Below, piece by piece: positions 28,800 to 37,864 of a stretch of 64,000 nt of DNA. The stretch is from contig JBFMAF010000045.1 in assembly GCA_040755995.1 (NCBI GenBank), positions 1 through 64,000 on the forward strand, given 5' to 3'. The DNA comes from Acidobacteriota bacterium (lineage in GTDB: Bacteria; Acidobacteriota; CAIWXX01). Both the position numbers and the translations under genes were made by a program. Below the pieces are notes generated by a model that saw only the letters and a program-made list of their open reading frames with translations, searched no databases and had not been told where the DNA came from. Position 1 is the first letter of the stretch. Every line of letters starts with the position of its first letter.

Positions 28800-30119
28800 T
28801 TGAGCGCTGATCGAGCGGCGGGAGCTGACCCGCACCCGCGCAGGCTCGCCTGGTTGCGGCGTTTCTGGGAACGGGAGGCCAGGCGGCACTTGCCGCCGGG
28901 CTTCGATCTTCAGGGCGTCATGGGGGGGAGCACAGGGACGACTTTCCCCGCGTTCCTCACCATCATCGCCCTATCCATCGGAGCCTGCATCGTGGCGGCC
29001 GCCTGGGCGGCGCTCGTCCTCGATTGGCCTGCGACCATTGGCGTTATCGGCGTAGTCGTGGCGAGCGTGACTATTCCGCACCTCCTGTCCGAGCTCGGTG
29101 TCTACCGCTCGGTGCTCCTGGTGAGAAGTCCGGATCGGCTTATCGTGATCGAGCGCGCCGGGTTCGACCGTCTTGTAGCTGCACGCGCGTACTCTCTGCC
29201 ACTCCGAGTGGCGCTGAGGTGGGAAGGGGCAGGGACGCTCGTGTTCGGAGATGAGCGTATTCACGTGCACGTGCCACAGGTCAGCCGGCCATATCTAGCG
29301 ACGGCACTGGACGTCCAGCCTATGGCAGCCCCAGGCGCGGGACCTGCCTTCGAGGACATCACGGCGCAGACACCCCGCGGCACGATCTGGCACACGGTTC
29401 ATGTCGCAGGCATCCTGTGGGTCATCGCTTCGCTTTGGTTTATCATAGCATGTGGCGTCGCCGGGCTGGGGTGGCCCGCGAGTTGGCCGATGCCGTTGGC
29501 CTGCCCAACAGGTGTTGTGGCCGACAGCGCAGGTCAGATCGCGGTGCTGCTGCAGGCATATGGGCGCGTTCAGATCTACGACACCGATGGGCGCTTCGTT
29601 CGCGGTCTGAACATCGCGAATGGGGGCCGAGGTGCGCTGATCGCTGTCGACACGCTGGACCGACTCTGGGTGTACTGCGAGGGAGGCGGAGCTCTGCAGC
29701 GGTACGCGCCGGACGGCGGAAGATCGGGGCAGTGGATCTATGTCACCCCGGCGGCCCCCAGGCGAATACGTCTTTGGCCGGGCGGAAACGCAGGTATCGA
29801 TCGCACCACCCAGTTGACCATGAAGGGCCAGGGCGGACCGGTCCAGCTGGGAGGCATGCTGTTCACAAATGAGCGGTCGTCGGTCGACTTCGTCGACGCG
29901 AGTGGCGCTCGCTACGAGCTGCCGGGCCCGCACTGGCTCCCGTGCGTGCGCAGGAACGGAGGAGACGCACGCGCGCTTACGCTCTGGGGTCCATGGTGGC
30001 TGATCCCGATCGGTTTCCCCCTGCCGGGGCTCCCTGCGGGCCTGTCGCTGGCGGTGCTCGGCTACTATGCAGCGCGTCATAGGTCCACAACAGATTTGAC
30101 GAGTAGACGCAGTGTATGA
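28800..30119 (+). CDS. Hypothetical multi-pass membrane protein with NHL/beta-propeller-like region
   Basis: About 4 hydrophobic segments; PTGVVADSAGQIAV..GRVQIYDTDGRFV and IAVDTLDRLWV resemble NHL repeats; start uncertain. Confidence 0.6.
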   Translation: MSADRAAGADPHPRRLAWLRRFWEREARRHLPPGFDLQGVMGGSTGTTFPAFLTIIALSIGACIVAAAWAALVLDWPATIGVIGVVVASVTIPHLLSELGVYRSVLLVRSPDRLIVIERAGFDRLVAARAYSLPLRVALRWEGAGTLVFGDERIHVHVPQVSRPYLATALDVQPMAAPGAGPAFEDITAQTPRGTIWHTVHVAGILWVIASLWFIIACGVAGLGWPASWPMPLACPTGVVADSAGQIAVLLQAYGRVQIYDTDGRFVRGLNIANGGRGALIAVDTLDRLWVYCEGGGALQRYAPDGGRSGQWIYVTPAAPRRIRLWPGGNAGIDRTTQLTMKGQGGPVQLGGMLFTNERSSVDFVDASGARYELPGPHWLPCVRRNGGDARALTLWGPWWLIPIGFPLPGLPAGLSLAVLGYYAARHRSTTDLTSRRSV

Positions 30120-30260
30120 CGCGCTGTATTCGCGGGGATGGCCTCAGGCCTTGCATCTGCGGCCATTCGGCCGCGCAAGGCCTGAGCCCTCCCCACGTAC
30201 CCCACCGGGGGAGACCTCCGCGCGAGGCCTCCCCCGGAACCCCCACGCGCATACAGCGCG
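30120..30260 (-). other. Branched intergenic hairpin element (structured ncRNA or REP/MITE-like)
   Basis: Outer stem 30120-29/30251-60, arm 1 30131-30197, arm 2 30205-30237; A-C mismatches on + read as G-U on minus. Confidence 0.6.
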
Positions 30261-30358
30261 ACTTGCGTCGCGCCGTATATCGCACGCGGCGCGTCACTCG
30301 CTGAATTGTCGACACTCGACACCGGTCTGTGTAGGATATGGGCGAGAACGGAGTGAGT

Positions 30359-30847
30359 ATGGGAATCAGGTTGTTCATCACCGGCGGCACGTTCGACAAG
30401 GAGTACGACGAGATACACGGGCGACTGTACTTCGCAGACACCCACATTCAGGAGATGCTGCGACTCGGGCGCTGCAGATACGAAGTGCAGGTGCGGACAT
30501 TGATGATGGTCGACAGCATGGAGATGACCGACGCGGACCGGTTGGTGGTTATGGAAAACTGCCGGCAAGCCGCCGAGGATCGCATCGTGATCACCCACGG
30601 CACTGACACCATGGCCGACACGGCACGGATCCTGGGAGAAGCGCGACTGCCCAAGACGATCGTCCTCACTGGGGCGATGGTTCCGTATGCCTTCGGAAGC
30701 TCCGATGGGCTCTTCAATCTGGGAAGTGCGCTGGCCTTCGCCCAGACATTGCCTCCAGGGGCCTACATCGCGATGAACGGATGCTGTTTCTGTTGGGACA
30801 ACGTCAAGAAGAACAAGACCCTGGGGGTTTTCGAGAGTATCTGGTAG
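30359..30847 (+). CDS. Asparaginase N-terminal-domain protein
   Basis: FITGGTFDK, VDSMEMT, ITHGTDTM, LTGAMVP, YIAMNG. Confidence 0.9.
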   Translation: MGIRLFITGGTFDKEYDEIHGRLYFADTHIQEMLRLGRCRYEVQVRTLMMVDSMEMTDADRLVVMENCRQAAEDRIVITHGTDTMADTARILGEARLPKTIVLTGAMVPYAFGSSDGLFNLGSALAFAQTLPPGAYIAMNGCCFCWDNVKKNKTLGVFESIW

Positions 30848-30940
30848 GGGCGCAGGGCTCGCGCCCGCTTGGTCGACGCCCGTGTTGCGCTTCACGTGCA
30901 AGTAGCGGATGGAACGGCGTTCGCCGGTTCGCGGGCTGCG

Positions 30941-30969
30941 TTGACAGGGCATCCGCCTTCCACTAGAAT
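30941..30969 (+). promoter_or_regulatory. sigma70 promoter of tRNA-Gln
   Basis: TTGACA-17-TAGAAT followed by GC-rich tcggccc. Confidence 0.75.
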
Positions 30970-30978
30970 TCGGCCCGT

Positions 30979-31052
30979 TGGGAAGTCGTCCAACGGCAGG
31001 ACACATGGCTCTGGACCATGGTATCGGGGTTCGAATCCCTGCTTCCCAGCCA
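30979..31052 (+). tRNA. tRNA-Gln (anticodon CTG)
   Basis: Acceptor tgggaag/cttccca, D arm gtcc/ggac, anticodon arm catgg-ctCTGga-ccatg, T arm with ttcgaat, encoded CCA. Confidence 0.96.
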
Positions 31053-31396
31053 AACACCCGCAGTCGAGGTGAGTTTCGCACGTCTGGATATGACGCAGGG
31101 GTCTCGCGAAGAGTCAGACAACCGGTCCCGCGTGAGCAGCGCGCCTGCACTCACGCAGGTTGTGTACACTTGGACGAAGGGAGGTCGTTCTTCGCACAGT
31201 GCTCCACAACCCCGCGCCAGTTCCAGGCGATATTGACATGACTAACACACGCTCCGCTCCACTGGTTGCATCTCGTAGTGGCAGACATGGACGTGAACAA
31301 TGTCACTTGCTGCGGTCAATTGGTCACGGCTGGAACCGCCGCGAATGCAAGGGCTTTGTCGCGGGATTGCAGATCCATTCACGACCTTTGACGCTA

Positions 31397-31424
31397 TTGA
31401 CTTTGTGCGCATGTATTCTATAAT
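31397..31424 (+). promoter_or_regulatory. Predicted sigma70 promoter of the receiver-kinase-TonB gene
   Basis: TTGACT-16-TATAAT. Confidence 0.6.
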
Positions 31425-31458
31425 GTCGGACGTTGGAACAGTGAATCCCGGTTAAGCA

Positions 31459-34400
31459 ATGCTAGACAAGACAATTCTCCTCGTCGATTACGAGCCCAAG
31501 GGCCTTGCCTCGGTAAAGAGCTATCTCGAGGGGCTTGGCTTCGCCGTGGAAACCGCGACCGATGGCTCTATCGCGCTCACGAAGTTTTTCGAGAAGCGCC
31601 CGGACATGGTCGTGCTGAGTCCCATGTTGCCAAAAATCCACGGGTTCGATGTCTGCCGGCAAATCACGCAGAGCCCCGAAGGCAAGGACGTGCCGGTCAT
31701 AATCGTAACGGCCGTGTACAAGGGCAGCAAGTATCGGAACGAGGCCATACATTCGTGCGGAGCGCGCGCCTATTTCGAGAAGCCATATGCAGAGGACGAG
31801 CTGACCGACAGCATCTTCAAGCTTCTCCATCTCAAGCGCGAGAAGCCGGCGGCGAAGCCGGCGGCCGCGCCCCGCGAGAAATCGATCGAAGACATGCTCC
31901 CGGATCTCAAGGCCGATAGGACCATTCCATTCATCAAGAAGTCGGATGTCCTGGCCACGCTCCATCTTGAAAAGCAGAAGATCGCGGCCAAGCCGCCTGA
32001 ACCGCCCAAGGCGCCCGAGCCCAAGCCCGCCGAAGAGAAGTTCGTCACCTCGGAGGACATTTTCGGAGAAGTGATTGAGAGCTTCGAGGCGCCGAGGAAG
32101 GGGCCACCGGCCCCGCCCGTACAGGCTCCGAAAGAAGAAATCGTGACTCCGCCGCCGGTACCCAAGCCGGTGCCGATAGCTGCGCCGCCTCCGCCACCGC
32201 CGCCAAAGGTCGAGCCGCCCCCGCCGCCCCCGAAGCCGCCTGCTCCGCCAAAACCTCAATTGGAAGTCAAGCCGGAGCCGAAGGCTCCGCCGGTAGTGCC
32301 GGTCCCTGAGCCGACAGTTCGCATCCCCACTGCTCCCAAGCCTGATATCGGCGCGACGGTCCGGGTCGAAGCTGCTGATGAAATGGCGAAGCTGGACCTG
32401 AGCATGAAGAAGCCCGCGGCTCCAGCGCCGCCAAAGGCGGCTCCGCGCGACGAAATGGAGAAGAAGTTGGAGGAGACGCTCTCGGGGCTGAGCCTCGGGG
32501 CGAAGCCTCGCGCGCCGCGCCCCGCCCCGGCTCCGCCCAAGGTCGAGCTGCCCAAGATCGAGGTGCCGCGGCCGGCGCCAGTTGTGGCGGCCCCGCCGCC
32601 TCCTGCAGTTGAAGCACCAAAGGTGGAGCCGGTCAAGATCGAGCCGCCTCCTTCGCCACCGCCTCCACCACCTCCGGTAGTCGAGGTGCCGAAGATCGGG
32701 GTGCAGAAGGTTGAGATTCCACGGCCTGCGCCGCCTCCACCGGTGGTCGAGCCGCCGAAGGTTGAGGTGGTTCGCCCGGCGCCGCCGCCGGCAGTCGAGC
32801 CTCCCAGGTTCGAGCCGCCGCGCCCGACCGCTGCGGCCGCGCCTGTTCTCGATGCCGCACCGAAGGTCGAAGTGCCGCGTCCTCAGCCGGTGGTTGCGGC
32901 GCCCCCGCCGCCTCCGCCTGTGGCTGAGCCCCCGAAAGTTGTTGAGCCGCCGCGGCCCGAGCCTAGGTTCGAGCCTCCTCCAAGACGCGAGGACAGGCCG
33001 CGTGCTGTGCCGGGCAAGTTTGGAGACTACGTACTGCTGGAGAGAATTGCCACTGGGGGCATGGCGGAGCTGTATCGGGCGAAGCGAAGCGGGCCCGAAG
33101 GTTTTGAGAAGATCCTGGCCATCAAGCGGATCCTGCCGCACCTCTCGGACAACGAAGAGTTCGTGACGATGTTCATCGACGAAGCCAAAGTGGCGGCGCA
33201 GCTCAACCACCCGAACATCTGCCACATTTACGACCTGGGCCGGCTGGAGGACTCGTACTTCATCGCGATGGAGTTTGTTCTGGGCCGGGACTTGCGGGCG
33301 ATCATCAAAGAGGCCGACAAGCGGGGCAAGAGTGTTCCGTACGACCTCGCGGCATACGTGGGGGTCAAGGTGTGCGGCGCGCTCGAGTATGCTCACCGCA
33401 AGCTCGATTACCACCAGAATCCGCTGAACATCGTACACCGCGACGTGAGCCCGCAGAACGTGCTGCTCTCGTATGAGGGCGAGGTGAAGTTGGTGGATTT
33501 CGGCGTGGCAAAGGCCGCTTCGAAAGCACACCACACGACGCACGGAGCCTTGAAGGGCAAGATCCTTTACATGTCTCCCGAGCAGGCCTGGGGCAAGACC
33601 ATCGATCACCGCAGCGACATATTCTCGCTCGGGTCGGTGCTCTTCGAGATGGCCACGGGCAAGAAGCTGTTCCTCGGCGATAGCGAGATCTCGACACTCG
33701 AAGCGGTTCGTCACGGCAAGGTGATTGCGCCTTCGAGCATTCGGAAGGATCTGCCGAAGCCCTTCGAAGAGATCATCATGAAGGCGCTCAAGCAGAAGGC
33801 CGAGGATCGCTACCAGAGTGCTGGGGAGATGCAGAAGGCACTCGAAGGGTTCCTCGAGCATGCCGGCCTGCGTCCCGGGCCCCAGGATCTCTCGGAATTC
33901 ATGTGGGCGCTTTTCGCTGACGAGATGAAGGCAGCCGGCCTCCAGATCGAGCCGCGCAAGGTGGCTGCGCCCGCGCCGCCGCCACCGCGTGCTCCCGAGC
34001 TGACGATCAAGGTCGAGAAGCCATCGGTGAAGGTACCTCCACCGAAGGTGATCGGGCCCGCCGAGAAACCCGCCGCTCCTCCGACTCCTGCGCCCCCTCC
34101 GCGCGTCGAAGCGCCGCCGAGGGAACCGGTTGTAGCGAAGCATGCGGAGCCCGAAGTCGATTTCAAGCCCATCCTAGACACTGGCCTGCACACGGGTTAC
34201 CAGAGGGTGAAGAAGCGCCGGATGGGGATCATCGCTGTCATCGTGGCGGTGGTTGCGGTGGTCGGAGCGGTGGCCGTCTACCTGAGCACGCGTCCTGAGA
34301 AACCTGTTGCGGTGGTGCCCACGCCGGCTCCACAGCCGCCTCCCGTGGCCGCACCAACTCCACAACCGCCTCCCCAGCAGGCGCCGGTCGAGACTCCGAA

Positions 34401-35004
34401 GCTGACACCGGAAGAGGAGGCCGCGCAGAAGGCGAAGCTCGAAGAAGAGCGTAAGAAACGGGAGGAGGATCGGCTGAAGGCGCAGGCGGCCGATTTGGAG
34501 AAGAAGAAGGCGGAGGAGGAGGCCGCGAAGCAAGCCGACGCGGCGGCGAAGGCCGCTGCGGATGAGCAGGCGAGGCTGGAAGAGGAGGCGCGCAAGAAGG
34601 CTGCGGACGAAGAGGCGGCCAGAAAGGCGGCTGAAGATGCCGAGAGGGCGCGCCAGGAACAGCTCGCCAGGCAGGCCGCCGCAAAGGCCGAGGTGAAGGA
34701 GGGGGACATAATCCCCATCAACCAGGTAGACACCAAGCCCGTGCCCGTTTCTCGACCCATGCCGGTTTATCCCGAAATGGCGAAGAGATCGAACGTCCAG
34801 GGCACGGTGAAGCTCAGCATCCTGATCTCCGAAACAGGCAGTGTGGCAGAAATGAGGGTGCTCTCCCCCACGGGCGGGAAGATGGATATCCTGAATGAGG
34901 CCGCCAAGTCCGCGGTGACGCGATGGAAGTACCAGCCCGCCACAAAGAACGGCAAGAGAGTCAAAGTCTGGACGAACGTCGACATTCCGTTTGTGCCTCG
35001 ATAG
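31459..35004 (+). CDS. Fusion: atypical receiver + Pro-rich linker + Hanks Ser/Thr kinase + TM + coiled coil + TonB C-terminal domain
   Basis: REC ILLVDYE..VVLSPMLPKIHG..IVTA..FEKP; kinase GGMAELY, AIKRI, HRDVSPQN, DFG, YMSPEQ; TM IIAVIVAVVAVVGAVAVYL; TonB_C YPEMAK..GTVKL..WKYQPATKNG. Confidence 0.9.
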   Translation: MLDKTILLVDYEPKGLASVKSYLEGLGFAVETATDGSIALTKFFEKRPDMVVLSPMLPKIHGFDVCRQITQSPEGKDVPVIIVTAVYKGSKYRNEAIHSCGARAYFEKPYAEDELTDSIFKLLHLKREKPAAKPAAAPREKSIEDMLPDLKADRTIPFIKKSDVLATLHLEKQKIAAKPPEPPKAPEPKPAEEKFVTSEDIFGEVIESFEAPRKGPPAPPVQAPKEEIVTPPPVPKPVPIAAPPPPPPPKVEPPPPPPKPPAPPKPQLEVKPEPKAPPVVPVPEPTVRIPTAPKPDIGATVRVEAADEMAKLDLSMKKPAAPAPPKAAPRDEMEKKLEETLSGLSLGAKPRAPRPAPAPPKVELPKIEVPRPAPVVAAPPPPAVEAPKVEPVKIEPPPSPPPPPPPVVEVPKIGVQKVEIPRPAPPPPVVEPPKVEVVRPAPPPAVEPPRFEPPRPTAAAAPVLDAAPKVEVPRPQPVVAAPPPPPPVAEPPKVVEPPRPEPRFEPPPRREDRPRAVPGKFGDYVLLERIATGGMAELYRAKRSGPEGFEKILAIKRILPHLSDNEEFVTMFIDEAKVAAQLNHPNICHIYDLGRLEDSYFIAMEFVLGRDLRAIIKEADKRGKSVPYDLAAYVGVKVCGALEYAHRKLDYHQNPLNIVHRDVSPQNVLLSYEGEVKLVDFGVAKAASKAHHTTHGALKGKILYMSPEQAWGKTIDHRSDIFSLGSVLFEMATGKKLFLGDSEISTLEAVRHGKVIAPSSIRKDLPKPFEEIIMKALKQKAEDRYQSAGEMQKALEGFLEHAGLRPGPQDLSEFMWALFADEMKAAGLQIEPRKVAAPAPPPPRAPELTIKVEKPSVKVPPPKVIGPAEKPAAPPTPAPPPRVEAPPREPVVAKHAEPEVDFKPILDTGLHTGYQRVKKRRMGIIAVIVAVVAVVGAVAVYLSTRPEKPVAVVPTPAPQPPPVAAPTPQPPPQQAPVETPKLTPEEEAAQKAKLEEERKKREEDRLKAQAADLEKKKAEEEAAKQADAAAKAAADEQARLEEEARKKAADEEAARKAAEDAERARQEQLARQAAAKAEVKEGDIIPINQVDTKPVPVSRPMPVYPEMAKRSNVQGTVKLSILISETGSVAEMRVLSPTGGKMDILNEAAKSAVTRWKYQPATKNGKRVKVWTNVDIPFVPR

Positions 35005-35038
35005 ACATACCATTTTACAAGGAAGGGGATGTGATCTG

Positions 35039-35281
35039 ATGCCGCTTTCAAAGGACCAGCAAGCCTTTTACCAGAAGACGATGGAGTGGACCCGCAAGGA
35101 GATCGCCGACATCGACACCCAGATCGAGGAAGAGCTCGCTCGCGTGAAGGAGCGGCTGGCGGAGCTCCAGAATGCCAAGAAGGCAGCCAGGCAGATTTAC
35201 GACGGCGCGACCGCCCGCCTGGGAGTCGAGAATGAGCTCGAGAAGGCCGAGCAGGCGCAAGAGAGCGGAGGCGGCAGCTAG
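35039..35281 (+). CDS. Small coiled-coil hypothetical protein (80 aa)
   Basis: Purine-rich RBS, heptad pattern IADIDTQIEEELARVKERLAELQNAKK, typical codon use. Confidence 0.75.
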   Translation: MPLSKDQQAFYQKTMEWTRKEIADIDTQIEEELARVKERLAELQNAKKAARQIYDGATARLGVENELEKAEQAQESGGGS

Positions 35282-35424
35282 TCTAGGACCGTTCAGCAGT
35301 CCCCGCTCAGACTGCCACAGTCCCGTCATTTCACAGCGCGCCTTTCATCCTGACCAGGACGCCCGTGGCCGCAGACGGCGTTCGGCCGCTGCACGGCGTT
35401 CCAAGGAGGCAAGTAGCGAACATA

Positions 35425-35617
35425 GATACTTGAGTTGAGTCCACGCCCGGTGTGAGGGAAGTCCGTCGACGCGGACGCTGCCCCGCAACTGTATGCGGCG
35501 ATGAAAGCCGGCGCGAGGCCACTGCTCGCCAGGAGGCGAGTGGGAAGGCCCGGCGAGTAAGATGACCCGCGAGCCAGGAGACCTGCCGGGATACTGGAAG
35601 AAGAACCTCGAGGGAGG
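35425..35617 (+). ncRNA. Cobalamin riboswitch 1
   Basis: AGGGAA, ctgccccgcaactgt, gccactg, gggaaggc, B12 box agccaggagacctgcc, then cct-cgaggg-agg hairpin; upstream of btuF. Confidence 0.92.
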
Positions 35618-35625
35618 AGACAAGA

Positions 35626-35654
35626 GACCCAACCGCGAGGTTGGGTTTTTTTTT
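35626..35654 (+). terminator. Intrinsic terminator (riboswitch expression platform)
   Basis: gacccaacc-gcga-ggttgggtt with a 9-T run. Confidence 0.88.
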
Positions 35655-35843
35655 CGAAGAAATATGGTGATCGGTCACAAGCAAGGGCCGGTGCTGGCGG
35701 CCCAGATTCGACTCCGGACTCGGCGATTCGAGCCCCGAGTTGGGACAGGCGCGGGTGCCGTTCTGCTATGGTGGCTTAGCTTCACGGTTCCGCGTATGGG
35801 TTTCGGACCCGGCCGATCACGCAAGTCGTTCCTCGAGGGAGGC

Positions 35844-36764
35844 ATGAATCCGGTGCGCCGTTTCAGTCGCTTCGCGGCTTTCATCCTGCTCTTCATACTT
35901 GCATCGTGCTCGAAACCTGAAGCACCGACCGTTGGATCCAGCGTCAGAGATCAGCTCGGCCGGACCGTTCCGCTCAAAGGAGCTCCCAACAGAATAGTAT
36001 CGCTCGCGCCCAGCAACACCGAGATCCTTTGCGCCCTGGGCCTCAGCGATTCCATCGCCGCGGTCACCACATTCGACAACTATCCTCCTGAAGCCTTGCT
36101 GAAACCGAAAGTTGGAGGATTCTCGGACCCGAGCGTGGAACAGATCATCTCGTTTTCACCCGACCTGGTTCTGGCGGCGCCGATCCATGAAACTCACCTC
36201 ATTCCGCAGCTCGAAGCCAAGGCAATCACGGTCCTCGCGCTCGCACCCAGGACTCTGGAAGATGTTCTACATGCGATATCGCTGGTAGGCCAGGTCACAG
36301 GAAGATCGGAGCGAGCCCATGAAATCGTCGCTGGCATGGAGAAGCGGATCAGGGCAATCACCGAAAAGACAGACAAGATTTCGCCGGACAAGAAACCGAA
36401 GGTCGTTTATCTCGTATGGCACGAACCGCTGATGGTATCAGGGAGCGGTACGTTTCATGATGAGCTGATCAGAAAGGCCGGAGGCACGAACATAGCGGCG
36501 AATGTCCGCGAGTACGCATTCATCAGCCTCGAAACCGTCGTCAGGGAGAATCCCGACATCATCATGGCTGGAGTGAAGATGGGCGAGGGCCGGGACGCCC
36601 CGCTGAAATTTGCCCGGACCGACCTCCGGCTGAGAGACGTTTCTGCTGTCCGGAAAAACCAGGTCTTTGGAATCGACAGCGACATATCGAGCCGCGCGGG
36701 CCCAAGAATCGTGGATGCCCTCGAGCAGTTTGCGGGGCTCATACATCCGGAGTCATTCAAATAG
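35844..36764 (+). CDS. btuF: Cobalamin ABC transporter substrate-binding lipoprotein
   Basis: Lipobox LASC, RIVSLAPSNTEILCALG, PSVEQII...PDLV, SRAGPRIVDALE; riboswitch context. Confidence 0.88.
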   Translation: MNPVRRFSRFAAFILLFILASCSKPEAPTVGSSVRDQLGRTVPLKGAPNRIVSLAPSNTEILCALGLSDSIAAVTTFDNYPPEALLKPKVGGFSDPSVEQIISFSPDLVLAAPIHETHLIPQLEAKAITVLALAPRTLEDVLHAISLVGQVTGRSERAHEIVAGMEKRIRAITEKTDKISPDKKPKVVYLVWHEPLMVSGSGTFHDELIRKAGGTNIAANVREYAFISLETVVRENPDIIMAGVKMGEGRDAPLKFARTDLRLRDVSAVRKNQVFGIDSDISSRAGPRIVDALEQFAGLIHPESFK

Positions 36765-36769
36765 CCATC

Positions 36770-37864
36770 ATGAACAGGAATGCGCGACACGCCTCGCATG
36801 CGGCTGGCGGTGTGTCTGGGGCGGAGCGAGCGATACCCTGGGGGAACAGGCGATGTTCGATAGTTTGTCTTGCATTCGGACTGTTGTTCATCGTCCTCCT
36901 GGCACTGGTGGTCGGCAGTGTCCCGATTCCGCTCGCCACCACGATCAAGATACTTTTCTCCAAGCTGCCGTTTGTGCGTGTCGAGCCCGCGTGGCGGGCT
37001 GGTACTGACATAATCATCACGGAGATTAGGATGCCGAGGATCATGATGGCAGGGCTCGTGGGCGCGGCGCTGGCCGTTGCGGGTGCGGCATATCAGGGCC
37101 TGTTCCGGAATCCGCTTGCAGACCCCTACCTCATCGGTGTGGCTCAGGGATCGTCGCTCGGAGCCGTGGTCGGCTTCATGCTGCCTGTCACGGGGAGGGC
37201 GCTGGGAACTGGCATCATCCCGCTCTTTGCGTTCGCCGGAGCGCTTGCCGCCACCGCCGTCGTCTACCTTCTGGCAAGGCAGGGAAAGACGCTTCCTGTG
37301 ACAACGTTGATTCTGGCTGGCGTCGCCCTGGGATCGCTGCTGACATCAATCATGTCCTACCTCATCATCTCCTCCGGCGACAAGATGCACAGCATCGTGT
37401 TCTGGCTCATGGGCAGCTTCTCGCTCACCCAGTGGTCAGACGTACGGATGATATTCGGATATATTGTGATCGGGACCGTCGTCATTCTGATCTTCGCTCG
37501 CCCGCTGAACGTGATGCAGCTCGATGACGAGCAGGCGCAGCAGCTGGGGGTCAACGTGGAGAAGATGAAGCTGATACTCCTCGGCGCCGCCACGCTGATC
37601 ACCGCCTCGGCCGTCTCGTTCGTCGGTGCCATTGGATTCGTGGGAATCATCATTCCACACGCCGTGCGGCTGATCTGGGGAGCCGACTATCGTTTCCTGC
37701 TGCCGTTGTCGGTGCTTTCGGGCGCGATATTCCTCATCCTCACAGATCTCATTGCCCGCACCGCGCTGTCGCCGGCCGAGATACCCGTGGGCGTAGTGAC
37801 GGCGCTTTTCGGCGCTCCGTTTTTTCTCTACATCCTTAGAAAAAAGAGGAGGGTCATCTTCTGA
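36770..37864 (+). CDS. btuC: FecCD-family ABC permease
   Basis: IRMPRI, QGLFRNPLADPYLIG, GAIGFVGIIIPH, EIPVGVVTALFGAPFF. Confidence 0.88.
   Translation: MNRNARHASHAAGGVSGAERAIPWGNRRCSIVCLAFGLLFIVLLALVVGSVPIPLATTIKILFSKLPFVRVEPAWRAGTDIIITEIRMPRIMMAGLVGAALAVAGAAYQGLFRNPLADPYLIGVAQGSSLGAVVGFMLPVTGRALGTGIIPLFAFAGALAATAVVYLLARQGKTLPVTTLILAGVALGSLLTSIMSYLIISSGDKMHSIVFWLMGSFSLTQWSDVRMIFGYIVIGTVVILIFARPLNVMQLDDEQAQQLGVNVEKMKLILLGAATLITASAVSFVGAIGFVGIIIPHAVRLIWGADYRFLLPLSVLSGAIFLILTDLIARTALSPAEIPVGVVTALFGAPFFLYILRKKRRVIF

Noticed and set aside
31053..31396. Small RNA or ORF in the gap after tRNA-Gln
   Set aside because: Only a short hairpin (gcgtgag/ctcacgc, about 31128-31157); no recognisable RNA family or convincing ORF
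30979..31458. tRNA-Gln as an integration site for a genomic island
   Set aside because: No second copy of the tRNA 3' end found in the window and no integrase next to it
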